Shown in pieces: positions 1 through 12,049 of a stretch of 64,000 bases of DNA (positions within the stretch are counted from its first letter, which is position 1; each line of letters begins with the position of its first letter). Location of the stretch: contig NC_068995.1 of assembly GCF_001194135.2 (NCBI RefSeq), forward strand, positions 24,491,514 to 24,555,513, written 5' to 3'. The notes beneath the pieces are model-generated. The model saw nothing but the letters and a program-made list of their open reading frames with translations. It did not search any database and was not told where the DNA came from. This stretch comes from Octopus bimaculoides. Its lineage: Eukaryota. The position numbers were made by a program, and so were the translations under genes.

Positions 1-212
1 TATAAATGAGATGACAAAAGAATAAACAATTATTGTATGAACTTCATTAGCTTACAGCTGCTTCTGCCATGGGATGCAGTGGACTCATAGTGGAGTGCCT
101 GAGCAACACACCAACACCCTTATAACATCATTGGAGCCTATTCATGAAAACAGAAAACTGGAAAATTTTTTGGAATAACTTATTCCCCATTACATATTAA
201 TAAATACACACA

Positions 213-573
213 CAGTAGTTAGGGCAGTGGACTCGCAGTCATAGGATGGCGATTTCGATTCTCAGACCGGGCGTTGTGAGTGTTTATTGAACAAAAACAC
301 CTAAAGCTCCATGAGGCTCCAGCAGGGGGTAGTGGCGAACCCTGTTGTACTCTTTCACCACAACTTTCTCTCAGTGTTTCTTCCTGTTTCTGTTGCACCT
401 GAATTCAAAGAGCCAGCCTTGTCACACTGTGTCACACTGAATCTCCCCAAGAACTACACTAAGGGCACACGCGTCTGTGGAGTGCTCAGTCACTTGCACA
501 TTAATTTCACGATCAGGCTGTTCCATTGATCAGATCAACTGGAACCCACGTCATCATAACTGACGGAGTGCCA
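213..573 (+). mobile_element. tRNA-derived SINE, family C (conserved central core)
   Basis: tRNA-like head (agtagttagggcagtggactcgcagtc...gatttcgattctcag) and core ...gtggagtgctcagtcacttgcacattaatttcacgatcaggctgttccattgatcagatcaactgg..., which recurs at 45160-45430 (-) and 52391-52711 (+). Confidence 0.75.
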
Positions 574-596
574 CGATACACACACACATACATATA

Positions 597-1257
597 ATGA
601 AATCCATTGGAAGGATAATCCCAAGAACAAAGAAATAAGAACCCACAGTATGGTAGAGGCCATAGCCACTCATAATAAAAAGAAGTACTGGTGGAATGTC
701 CCAGTGAAAACTGTAAGCATAACAGACCTGACATAATGATTTGAGATGGCAAAGAGAAATTGTGTACAGTTGTGGAAAGTAGCTGCCCAGCAGATGTTAA
801 CAAAAAGCTGAAGATCAGTGAAAAAGAGAATACCTACGCTGAACTATTGAGAAATCTGCAGTTACTCTATCCAGATTACAAGTTCGGGTTTATACCTGTA
901 ATTACTGGGACCTGGGATATGTAACACACTGCCTAAATTAACAATCTTGAGAAATTGGGCTTCTCAAAACCAGAAAGGAGAAAGCTGATTAGAAGACTAC
1001 AAATCCAATCCATCAATGGAACTGTAAAAATCTGTAAAACTTTCCAGAAGTTTATCATTTAAGTATATATGAGCATGTCTAGATATGCAAGTATATGCTT
1101 GAGAATACATACATAAAACAAAACATACAAATCTGCACGTATACATACATGCAAAAACATTTTGTTAATGTTGAAATTCCAATGAAAGAACCTTGGATCT
1201 CGGTTAGAAACCAGCTCTTTCTCTATCGGCAAGAAATCTTGAAATAAAACTGAATAA
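597..1257 (+). mobile_element. R4/Dong-clade non-LTR retrotransposon 3' fragment (restriction-like endonuclease C-terminus plus 3' UTR), degraded
   Basis: Hand translation across frameshifts gives HNRPDIMI..GKEKLCTVVE.SCPADVN..LKISEKENTYAELLRNLQLLYPDYKFGFIPVI..., ending KICKTFQKFII* at 1062. This is the RPD...E..K RLE motif. Confidence 0.75.
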
Positions 1258-1836
1258 TGACATACATACTTCTATTTCACCCTACTTTCTCCACAGCCTT
1301 ACTGCCTTGTATGCTTTCTCTGCATTCATACTCTACTCTTGTCTGCAACCTCTACAATATTCTCTAGACTTTCCCATAATTGCTCCTGCTACATCCACCC
1401 ACCACTTCCAGATCTTCTATCTCACTTTTTTCTCTGTACTCTCCTCACAAAATTTTCCTTTCAACACCCTCTGATCCCTCCCTCTTTATCCTACCACATG
1501 AGAACTCCAAATCCCCCTTCCCTCATCTGACCTCTGACCCTCTTTGGATTTGTTACCATCATTACCAATTTCTCCTTTCCATGTTCCCTTGTCCTTCACA
1601 CTTTCCCCCATACTTGCCTATATATAACACTGTATCATCCATCACTACACGACCCACATCATCATCATCCTTACCCTCCATTTCTCACTAACCCCTGACA
1701 ATTTGACACCAACGCGGCTGAAGCTGACCTTGGTTTTATGATACAAATCTCGGGTTTTAAAGTAATCTAGTTAAAATTTCCCACCAAAATTTTAAGTTAA
1801 TTTGTTTCAAACACCAGTTTCATAATGACGATAATC

Positions 1837-2281
1837 CAATGCTTCTCAACCAGGTTCCATATGACTCTAGGGATGCAAGCAAGCAATGGGTACACACAGT
1901 ATATTAAGAGTCCAAGAAAAAATTTTGATTTCGATGTATTTATTGGAAGAAAGAGCCAAGTTTCTTTTTCTAACGCTTTACACAGTTCCACCCATTAGTG
2001 CCCAGTTTTTTTCTAATTTGATTTATTACTAAAAAATCTTTTATACAACTTTATCTGATACTAAATATATATAAAAAAAAAATTATTACAACATTTGAAA
2101 GGCACTCCAGTCTTGGTGACTAAATAAAGATATCTCAGAAAAATACAGGTGTTGCAGAAATATGATGGATTATCCTTCTGGCCCTAAAAAAAAAAAGACC
2201 ATGGGAGCTAATGAGTTAATGTGTGAAACACAAATAATAATCGAAGGAGTCCACAGATAAAAGAACGGTTGAGAACCACTG
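1837..2281. mobile_element. hAT-type MITE
   Basis: 15-bp TIRs CAATGCTTCTCAACC (1837-1851) and GGTTGAGAACCACTG (2267-2281), 13/15 match, resembling the CAGTGGTTCTCAA terminus of Charlie-type hATs. No intact TSD. Confidence 0.6.
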
Positions 2282-3280
2282 GTAAAGCCGAACGAATTAA
2301 TTCCGCTTTATCACTTATGTTAGAAATTCTGGTAGATCTATGAAATTCGAAATCAGAGTGAAGAGGGTCAAAAATTCGTTAAATAACTAATTTCTCGCAG
2401 CAGTCTCAGGAGAAGTGAGACACTATGACTGATGCTCATACTTTAAATCAGCGACATAAATGAACTAATAACAGCCGGCAATAGAAACCGGATTATCAAC
2501 TCGCTAGTGTTGAAAACCGCGGTACTCGCTATAATTTTTTGATTTTTGCAAGGCAGTTTGTCTTAGATGTAGTGAAGTCAATCGAAATGAATCCAAAATA
2601 TTATTGTTGTTTATGAAATGGATTTTTAAAAAAATAAAACCGATCCCAGTAATATTTAAACATAAATATAAATAATCCAAAAGACGATTTATATACTGCC
2701 GGTGTCGCTATCAACTAACTGTACCATCAGACTAGCAATTAAATACATAATTGTTTCTTAAATATAATCATTAAGTTGTGATAATCATTATTTTATCAAT
2801 AAAATTAGCTGAAATAGTCCCAACTCAGAATCAATCCCGTTTTGTTAATAGTTGATTTCTTCTACTACATAAAACACACTTCACTAATTAGTAACCGTTT
2901 CTTAACATGTAATAAAAATGATAGATCGTAAAATAAAATATCACAACAATCACAATTAATGGAAAATTTTTCATGTTGAGAATGTAAGAAATGAGTGAGA
3001 TAGAATTTAATCTTCATTACTACATCAATTATCAAACAGGAACAATAAAATAAGGAATAGGATCGGGTTCGAATGAGCGGACCTGCTGTTATTACGGTCG
3101 GTAAGTATAATTGATGTTGGGTTGGTAATTCAGAATAAAAATAGAATTTTAACGTAATCTTTAGAAGCAAATGTAAATGTTATTGAAACTAATTAAAACA
3201 ACAGAATATATATATATAATAAAGCAACCGGACAACTACTTGGTTGTCGTGAAAATCATACAAAATATATATACGCACGA

Positions 3281-3325
<45 letters not shown>

Positions 3326-3335
3326 NNNNNNNNNN

Positions 3336-3370
<35 letters not shown>

Positions 3371-3534
3371 TATATATATATACATTGTGTACCAAGTAAA
3401 AAAATATATAAACATGTGGATGAGTTTTCCCCTCCATAGGTTTTTGGACACCAGATATATATTTCAAAAATTTAAATCAAAATATTTCAAAATAAGTCAT
3501 CTTATTTGGATGCAGCAATAAGGTTGAATCAAAC

Positions 3535-3629
3535 CTATAATAATAGACATCAGTTTTCCCAGCAGACAGACCAGATTTCCTAACCACTTCTTCTCTTTTC
3601 CAGCCAGAAGGTAGTCCAACGCAGTCCAT
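3535..3629 (-). CDS. MBD2/3: Methyl-CpG-binding domain protein 2/3, first coding exon (rest of gene lies left of the window)
   Basis: Encodes MDCVGLPSGWKREEVVRKSGLSAGKTDVYYY followed by AG|GTTTGA. This matches the N-terminus of the MBD fold (C..LP.GW.REEV.R.SGLSAG..DV.YYS), with a phase-2 intron in the Ser codon as recalled for vertebrate MBD2/MBD3. Confidence 0.95.
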
Positions 3630-3918
3630 CTTTTTATCTTTCGACACACACACATACACACACACTTCCTCTTACTTTCAATCACTCAGCTTTTCTCATT
3701 CTTTCTCTCTCCGTCTTTACACTATTTCTTTCTTTTCTCCCTCTCTCTTTCTGACTATACTTTATCTTCTCTCTCTTTATCTTTATACTGTTCCTTTCCT
3801 CTCTGTCTCTTTCTATCTCCCCACACTCTCGTTTTCTTTCTAATTCCCCCTCTCTTCCCACTAAAGAAGGAGAGAGGAAAATAAAAGAAACAAAGAGAGG
3901 AAGTGAACTTTTGTAAAA

Positions 3919-3926
3919 CCGGAAGT
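3919..3926. promoter_or_regulatory. ETS (GABP/ELK-type) motif CCGGAAGT in the putative MBD2/3 core promoter
   Basis: Perfect CCGGAAGT about 290 nt upstream of the MBD2/3 ATG, just beyond a purine-rich putative 5' UTR. Typical of housekeeping promoters. Confidence 0.5.
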
Positions 3927-4261
3927 GACATTATTTTCATTGCTGGTCATTTGTAGTCTTTGTTTTCATCGGTAGAAAGTAAAAGAGGAAGATTAATATA
4001 ACTCCGCACATACCAGAAAATGATTTCAGAAAAAAAAATTAACAATTAATATTATAGACATCAATATTTTAAAAATAATTTCTAAATATTTACATATATA
4101 CTAATTTTTTTTAAAGTTCAATGTGTATAATATTAAAAAAATTAGTAGCTCTTCTCCCCCTCCCTAACTTTATTTCTTTACGTTCTTCAGAGACTGCGGC
4201 CTTGTGAAGGCTTACTTCATTCATTACTGTTATGTGATTGTATGACGTTCATGCTTATTTC

Positions 4262-4747
4262 GGCAGAATTCTGGTTTAAGCACCTATATAACCCCTAATA
4301 GCATTTTTATTTTTTGGAATTGTCTGGAAATGTTTGCGAATTTGTTTTCTACACACGAGAATTCATACGATTATGCAAAAAAGAAAAAAAATATGTGATT
4401 TTAGGGCGATTTAGCTGTTGTTTTTAGCACATCCTACGACCACCATGTTTCTTTGTCACTCTGACATGTATTGATGTTTTTCGACAATTTTCTCCCCAAG
4501 GATGCTGGGATTTAAGCAAAAAATTTGTATTGTCCGTATTTTTAACTCTGAAAAAAATAAGTTCAAGAAAGTGGAAATTTTAGGATTTATGGGGTTGGGG
4601 AGGATTTCGAAAAATTAGAAAAAAACTTTTTTTTTCTCATAATCTTATGGATTCCGTGCGTACAACACAAATTCGCAAAAATTTTCTGAAAATTCCAAAA
4701 TGATCCCAGGGGTTGGTTATATGAGGTGCTTAAACCAGAATTCTGCC
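4262..4747. mobile_element. MITE with ~33-bp TIRs
   Basis: GGCAGAATTCTGGTTTAAGCACCTATATAACC at 4262 and its reverse complement GGTTATATGAGGTGCTTAAACCAGAATTCTGCC ending at 4747. Confidence 0.8.
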
Positions 4748-5153
4748 CCTTTTCTCTTATCAAATTAAATGTGACTTTTCTTACACGAGTGTTTTAAGCG
4801 GCAATCTTTCGGGCCAGTTCGGCTTCTCTGCCTTTTGGGATATTTTTAGTGCATATCAGAATTTCTTTTAAGATGGGAAGAGGTCATGGGAGATTTGAAC
4901 TGCGAAACAGCCTAGAAGCTCTTGATGAAATAAAATCGAAATTATTCTATTATATTGGGGTTATCTTTCGAAGAAATTCTATCAAAACTAAACGTTCGGC
5001 AATTTCCGTAATCCCCCCCCCACCCCATCTGAGTAGCTTAGATTTATGTATTTTTGTGTATGTGTACGTTTAGGTAGGTAGGTATAACACAGATTGGAAG
5101 ATTTCTTAGTTTGGAAAATTGATATCTATAATAATACCGTAACAAGAAATTTT

Positions 5154-5658
5154 GGATCTTTTTTAAAACGGGGGCCACATTTTTCATTAATGTTTTACAT
5201 AGTGTTTTTGGTACCGAAAGACTTTCAAACTTCGTATACTTATCTATTTTGTGTTATAGAACAGAAAAATATTTTTGTATTCGAATTTATTTCATGTAAA
5301 AAATTGTCTTATTTCGATAATTTNNNNNNNNNNNNNNNNNNNNNNNNNNNNNNNNNNNNNNNNNNNNNNNNNNNNNNNNNNNNNNNNNNNNNNNNNNNNN
5401 NNNNNNNNNNNNNNNNNNNNNNNNNNNNNNNNNNNNNNNNNNNNNNNNNNNNNNNNNNNNNNNNNNNNNNNNNNNNNNNNNNNNNNNNNNNNNNNNNNNN
5501 NAGAAATACGACAACTTTAACATGGAATAATTTATGGATTTCTTTTTTTTTTAAGAAGACTAAGAGAAAAAGATGTTTTATATGACACATTCTACCAGTG
5601 TTCCAAGTTTCAAAGTGTTTCGTTAATGAAAAATGTGGCCCCGTTTTAAAATAGATCC
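5154..5658. mobile_element. MITE copy A (GGATCTTTTTTAAAACGGGG TIR), spans an N-gap
   Basis: TIRs at 5154 and 5658. The internal sequence is the near-exact reverse complement of copy B at 7554-8108. Confidence 0.8.
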
Positions 5659-6111
5659 CTTCCCACTTTTAAGGTTCTGCTTGAAGTGCCACAGAGACTC
5701 ACTGTAATAATGGAGCGTGAGGTGTGCGGAGCGAAAAGGACGACCACTTTATATACGAGTGTTTGCTGTAGTCGAAAGTATGACACGTTTAAGGGAGTGG
5801 CTAATTTGATAACTATACAGTTAAAAAACCCTCACTACTCTAGTGACTCACGAGGTCAATGCAATTTAGGTACCTGTCAATCGATATTTCGAGGAACAAA
5901 GAGAAAACTTGAGTAGGGGAAGATTTCCAAAGGTTTGACATTCTAGGAAGAAAAAATTGGTAAAATAATTTGTGCCAACCACCATAATTTACAGCAAATC
6001 GAAGTAATTTTACATTACGAAACAACAAATCCTTGAATTAAAAACAGTTACAGAACCCAAATAGCTATCACTTTTTTCAAACGCTCGAATATCATTATAC
6101 ACATATATGTG

Positions 6112-6263
6112 CACTAGCGTGGCTAGAAGGAGGAAGAGGGGGTAGTCCTCCCCGCGTGGCACCACTTTTGGGTCTGCTGTCGTCAATATGTATTTCTGTG
6201 TGGGCCCGGGGGAGGTAAACTGAAGGGCCGCCCCGGGTGGCACACACGCTAGCTACGCTAGTG
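6112..6263. mobile_element. Short GC-rich MITE (152 bp)
   Basis: TIRs CACTAGCGTGGCTAG and CTAGCTACGCTAGTG (14/15) enclose a GC-rich core in AT-rich context. Confidence 0.65.
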
Positions 6264-6794
6264 TGATCTGTTCTAATTCTCTTTCAAATAACTACTGAAA
6301 CATTCTTCAGATGTACCAATCAACTGCATCAGTTTTTTTCTAGACATGAATCCAAAAGAACATTGCATGTATGAGAGTTGTCAGGATTGACAAAATTCTT
6401 CCTCTGGTTCATGTTGTGGTCAAATACATGTGGAAATAATTCTATTCCATCAGACAAATGCCGATTGTCCGAGTGCTGTTGACCCACTATAAAACCTCAT
6501 TCTTGGCCGCTGAGATGGTACATTTACTGATGTGCGAAAAGCTTTGTCAAACTAGGACAAATTAATTAGAGGTGCACTAAGCAGTGTTAAATGAGATATA
6601 ATTGTTCAGCCATATTTAACATGTTCATGTACATTTGAACATGGAAAGACAGTACGTTGTACGAGCTATATCGAGAGAAGGCACTCTCTTTGTATAAAAT
6701 ATGGGTGTAAAATACATGCTCCCTATGGGCTGGTGGCGTTGTTCATGGCCCAGGAGACTCATGTTTTATGAGGGGAATATCTTCTCTCCAAACC

Positions 6795-7140
6795 GTGACT
6801 GTGTGGTAAGAAGTTTGCTTCCCAAGTACATGGTTCTAGTTTCAGTTCCACCGCTTGCATCTTGGGCAAGTTTCAACTACTATAGTCCCGGGACCACCAA
6901 AGCCTTGTGACTGGATTCGGTTGACGGAAACTGAAAGAAGCCTGTCGTGCGTGTATGTGTTGTTATGTCTGCGTTTGTCTCCTATCACCACTCGACAACC
7001 GACACTGGTTTGTTTTCATTCTCGTAATTTAATGGGTACGGCAAAAGAAACCGGGGTTGATTCATTTGGCTAAAATCATATAAAGCGGTGCCCCCAGAAT
7101 GGCCTCTGTCCAATGACTGAAACAAGTTAAATATAAAAGA
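6795..7140 (+). mobile_element. tRNA-derived SINE, family A (full length)
   Basis: Head gtgtggtaagaagtttgcttccca...ggttc, middle aagccttgtga.tggatt.ggt.gacggaaactgaaagaagcc, tail ggtgc.ccag.atggcc...tgactgaaacaag. There are 10 or more copies in the window. Confidence 0.85.
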
Positions 7141-7160
7141 TGTATGTATGTATACACACA

Positions 7161-7322
7161 CCGGTCTTCAATGCAGTTTAAGGCTACCAAACTTTCTCAC
7201 AAGGCATTGGTCGGCTTGGAGCTATAGTAGAAGTCATTGACTTGCTTAAGGTGCCGCGCAGTGGGACTGAACCCCAACCTACGTGGTCGCAAAACGAGCT
7301 TCTTAACCACACAGCCATTCCT
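7161..7322 (-). mobile_element. SINE family A, 5' half, inverted relative to 6795-7140
   Basis: Reverse complement of the family A head (aaggtgccgcgcagtgggactgaacc...cttcttaaccacacagcc). Confidence 0.75.
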
Positions 7323-7553
7323 GGTATAAATTCGTTAAAATTTATTAACAGAAGTTGATTTTCTGGATAATATTTTGCTCTTGCATTATCTTGCTATACT
7401 TCGTTTCCAGATTTGATAATACACACACAGAAACAAAGATTAAGACGCCAGATTAAACATTTCATCATGGTTACCCACTGCATACTGAAAATAAGCACTA
7501 TGCAGAATAGTTTGCTCTGAAATTTTTGTTCACGGATTACGCATCCTTCAGCC

Positions 7554-8108
7554 GGATCTTTTTTAAAACGGGGGCCACATTTTTCATTAACGAAACACTT
7601 TGAAACTTGGAACACTGGTAGAATGTGTCATATAAAACATCTTTTTCTCTTAGTCNNNNNNNNNNNNNNNNNNNNNNNNNNNNNNNNNNNNNNNNNNNNN
7701 NNNNNNNNNNNNNNNNNNNNNNNNNNNNNNNNNNNNNNNNNNNNNNNNNNNNNNNNNNNNNNNNNNNNNNNNNNNNNNNNNNNNNNNNNNNNNNNNNNNN
7801 NNNNNNNNNNNNNNNNATAAAACGAAGAAAAAAAAAGAAAATGAAAAAAGCAAATAAAACGAAGCTATGGAAATTAAATACGCTTAATCAGCCAAAGGAG
7901 TAAATATAAACAACTGAATACTTGTCAGTGATTGGTTAAAATTATCGAAATAAGACAATTTTTTACATGAAATAAATTCGAATACAAAAATATTTTTCTG
8001 TTCTATAACACAAAATAGATAAGTATACGAAGTTTGAAAGTCTTTCGGTACCAAAAACACTACGTAAAACATTAATGAAAAATGTGGCCCCCGTTTTAAA
8101 AAAGATCC
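7554..8108. mobile_element. MITE copy B (GG-terminal TIR, probable 8-bp TSD; Merlin- or hAT-like)
   Basis: TIRs GGATCT...AGATCC with flanks CTTCAGCC (7546-7553) and CTTCAGCT (8109-8116), a 7/8 TSD match. Confidence 0.8.
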
Positions 8109-8329
8109 CTTCAGCTTTCTATTTTAGGAAAAGTAATATGTGAATCCTACCAAAATTTTAACTAATTTGTTGTATAAGTCTTTAATAATTTAGATTATTT
8201 AATAATTACATATATAACACGAAACCGCATTAAAATACAAATCCCAAACTGAAGAAAACACTAACACGAGGGAAGAAAGAAAAAACTGAAAAAACAGGAC
8301 GAAAGAAAAAATACATTAATTCAACATTA

Positions 8330-8540
8330 AGTGCTTCCATTGTTTGTACATCATAAGATTCAACGGAACGTACTGAAGCAATCCAACACGCTCGTGGTAT
8401 TATCATGGGCAATGATGAGGCTAAGGGCGTTGGAAGAGCCAAGCACTCTCAAGGCATCGCCTGGCAGCTAGGTGTCAGGCGATGCCGCCAGCAATGCCAA
8501 GAGCTTATAAGTCATTTAGAGGTTGACGCTTCGGTGAAGA
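8330..8540 (-). mobile_element. CRE-clade non-LTR retrotransposon, short 3' fragment
   Basis: Homologous to 10930-11030. Translates as ESAWLFQR.LSLIIAHDNTTSVL with one frameshift. Confidence 0.55.
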
Positions 8541-8607
8541 ATGTTGTGAAAAGTATGATGTTGAAAAAAATATATTGTAACTTATTTTTATTTTCATATA
8601 TAATATA

Positions 8608-8940
8608 CTAGCTTAGGGCAGCGTTCAAGCAACTGACCCTGAATGGGAAGATCTGTAAACAGATCTCTGACTTGTTTTGGAGAATTTGTTGCAGTTGCTT
8701 CCACCAGAATCATATCCCACATTCGTCGCAAAAAGTCACGTAAAAAAATCGCCAAAAACAATCACAGTAATGAAAACTTGGGAATCCAAAATTTCAGGAT
8801 TGTGGGTCCGGATTCGGCCCGGAATGTTTTAATTTACACACGGAGTAAACCTGATTCCAAAATGGTATGATATGTTGTGCTACGGCCTCTAAGAGTAAAG
8901 TTGAAAAAGTGTGACACACTGACATTCACATTTATATTAT
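8608..8940 (-). mobile_element. Non-autonomous Helitron-like element 1
   Basis: 3' CTAG at 8608-8611 with an adjacent degenerate GC hairpin. The 5' block aaagtgtgacacactgacattcacatttatattat is shared with the ends at 10170 and 10689. Confidence 0.45.
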
Positions 8941-8941
8941 A

Positions 8942-10170
8942 CTAGACTTACTACCCAGCGTTGCCCGGTGAAGTATTCACGGAATTGGTTACCAGTTTGG
9001 AATTCATGGTAACTATGCATGTATATATATTTAATCTAACTTCTGGACTTATTTAATTGGAACTATCCAAACAATAGTAATCAATTTACAGAAGTAGAAT
9101 TTTTCTTTTAACAATTTTTATCCTGAGAATCACCTGTTACTTTTGTTTTAAAGTGAAAGAGAAGAGAAAGTGAAAGATGTATGAACGTGTATATGGAATG
9201 CAGGTGTGTGTGTGAGAGAGAGAGAGTGTGTGTGTGTGCCACTTACACATATATGAGAACACATATTCTCTCTCTCTCACACACACACCGCATATATATA
9301 TCGATGTAAGTACGTATACATGACAACGCACCCCTTCACTCACTCTCTCTTCCTCTTTCTCCCTCTCGTCAATTTCATATACACGTACATACATCTTTCA
9401 TTTTCTCCTCTCTTTCACTTTAAAACAAAAGTAAATAAAAAAAAAATACGGAAATTAACGAACTCCGGATGATAAATTACATTCAGTTAAAAATATTTCT
9501 AAATTATTAAAATATTATGTACGTCAAAAAGTCGACGTTTTTCTTTCCTTTTTTTTTTCTTAGAGATCGCGAAGACTATGTTTGTGTATATGGTCACAGA
9601 TAGGGGACGTGTGTTTGTGTTGATTGACACGCCATGACATTCATTATATGTGTGTGAATTCTGTATGTGTGTTAACGTCACGGAAGCCATGTATTTTTTC
9701 TTCAAGAAATAACCAAAAAAATTGTGTTTAATCGTTTAAACAGAGGTTCAAATATCACAAAAAATTGTCCTGTACTGCCGAAGGTAAGTTTGTAAATGAA
9801 CATGCAAAAAGAAATGAAGATAAAACATACTATTTCTGAGATATTTTAGTTACAAACATCTCAAGAGTTTAAGTATTGTCGAGATTGTTAAATTATTTTA
9901 AGGCGTCGAGCTGATAGGATCATTAGCAAGCCGGGCGAAATGTTTAGCGGTATATCGTCTGCCGTTAGGTTTTGAGTTCGAATTCCGCTGAAGCCGATTC
10001 TGCCTTACATCCTTTCGAGGTCGATAAAATTAGTACCAGTTACGTACTGAGGTCGATGTAGTCGACTTAATCCCTTCCCCCAAAATCTGAGGCCTTGTGC
10101 TTCCAGTAGAAAGGATTTTTTAAAGTTCAAAAAAGTATGACACACTGGCATTCATATTTATTATATTAGA
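8942..10170 (-). mobile_element. Non-autonomous Helitron-like element 2 (contains microsatellites and a SINE insertion)
   Basis: On the minus strand it starts A|TC at 10170 and ends with hairpin CCGGGCAACGCTGGGT plus CTAG|T at 8942-8945. These are canonical Helitron termini at an AT target. Confidence 0.65.
9901..10117 (+). mobile_element. tRNA-derived SINE, family B
   Basis: gagctg..agga.tc.ttagca.gccgggcgaaatg.ttagcggt...gagttcgaattccgc...gcctt.catcctttcg.ggtcgataaaatt...ggccttgtgc...tagaaaggatt. More than 15 copies in the window. Confidence 0.85.
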
Positions 10171-10171
10171 T

Positions 10172-10689
<518 letters not shown>

Positions 10690-10894
10690 TAAACATGTAC
10701 ATCTTTTAGAGCATTGTCATTTTATAAGATTTTACTGGCGAATTTTTAAATTAACATAAACATTTATTTACATGAGAGAAAATTACCGGAGAACTTTCAT
10801 CTAATTCTTGCTAATCTTTCTGTTAAAACTGTATTGAAACTATTTGTGGGGATTTCTTTTTCTCATCACAGCAACTGGTTTCACACCACAAGGT

Positions 10895-11960
10895 TTAACA
10901 GAACCTACTGAAGCAAGCCAGACGCTCGCAGTGTTACCATGGGCGATGGCGAGACTAAGACGTTGGGAAAACCAAGCGCCCTCACGGACATCACCTGACA
11001 CCTCGGTGAGGCAAGCTGCCAAGAACTTCGCGGTTAGTGACTCAGTGCCTCCGAACGTCTCAAACGCCACCGGTTGGAAGAGATAGTTCACTGTTAGGTC
11101 CCGATACTTCAGAGTTTTCTTCCGGTCAGCTACGGAAGCAGTGACCCTCCCATTAATTGCAGTATCCAGGATGTGAGAGGGAGCAAAAGAGTCGCAGACT
11201 GTGGAATCCCAATTGAAAGGGTAAGACCATCTGATCTCTTTCCATCACTTCTGAATAACTCCCACAGCTCTAGAATTGAGGGGATATTAATCAGAGCCAG
11301 GGCTCACTTCATGATTAGTTTTAGCTCGGTGTAACGAGTGAAGCGACCAACATTTAGGCGGCAAGACAGACCGTGAAGACCTGTGGGGTTGAGAGGCCTA
11401 CCACAGCGGCATCTCAGTCTCCTACTGGCGTCAGTTTCCATGGAGATGCAGAGTTCATCCACACTGAGTAGACCTCCAATGTTGACCACAGGCAGGGCAT
11501 CAGCCCAGTCCCTGAAAATTTTGCACTAGCTGAAAGTAGGGGACACCTTGAAAATTGATCAGATTGATCAAGGAGAGAGTTGAAAGTGGCATCTGAACGT
11601 AGATAGTCCCATATTTTCTGTTTCCGTCTATCCTCCATTGTAATCGGAACTGACAAACCCAGCTCTCTCCAGTGTGATAGAGCTTCATCCATTTCCCTGT
11701 TGGAATTAGTCTATTTTGGAGAGGAGAGGATGTTGCCTACCAAATAGGAGCAAGCATGGATGGAAGAAAGAAAACAGGGAAGAGATAAAGACGAGCACTT
11801 GTGCAGGCCTAAACCCCCAAACCGTTTGGGCAAAGCAGCTTGGTCGCGGAAGTCTGGGAAGAGTTTGACATTGACCAAACATTCAAGTTTCCTGAAGATT
11901 AGGTCGTCTGGGGGGGGGGGGATGCAGAAATTGAAAGTGCTCTTCCCAGGTTAGCTGAAC
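10895..11960 (-). mobile_element. CRE-clade non-LTR retrotransposon fragment (post-RT region, CCHC finger, RLE), degraded
   Basis: Segments QAALPKRFGGLGL, QKIWD..LLDQSDQFSRCPLL, RCRCGRPLNPTGLHGLSC and FQPVAFETFGG...WFSQRLSLAIAHGNTASV are typical of CRE elements. Confidence 0.8.
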
Positions 11961-12049
11961 ATATATGGAACAAAAGTTTCGAAGCTAGTGACAAGTAGGT
12001 ATGACAAATCGTTACGAAATAGGTAATAAAATTGCCCATGGTGAATCAG

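Noticed and set aside
213-290. tRNA-like sequences at SINE heads (also 6795, 9901, 42165, 52391)
   Set aside because: A/B-box remnants continue into SINE bodies and give no complete cloverleaf; not tRNA genes.
1260-1700. Pyrimidine-rich ORFs (similar tract at 51700-52370)
   Set aside because: Low-complexity C/T-biased repeat-associated sequence; the ORFs are compositional artefacts.
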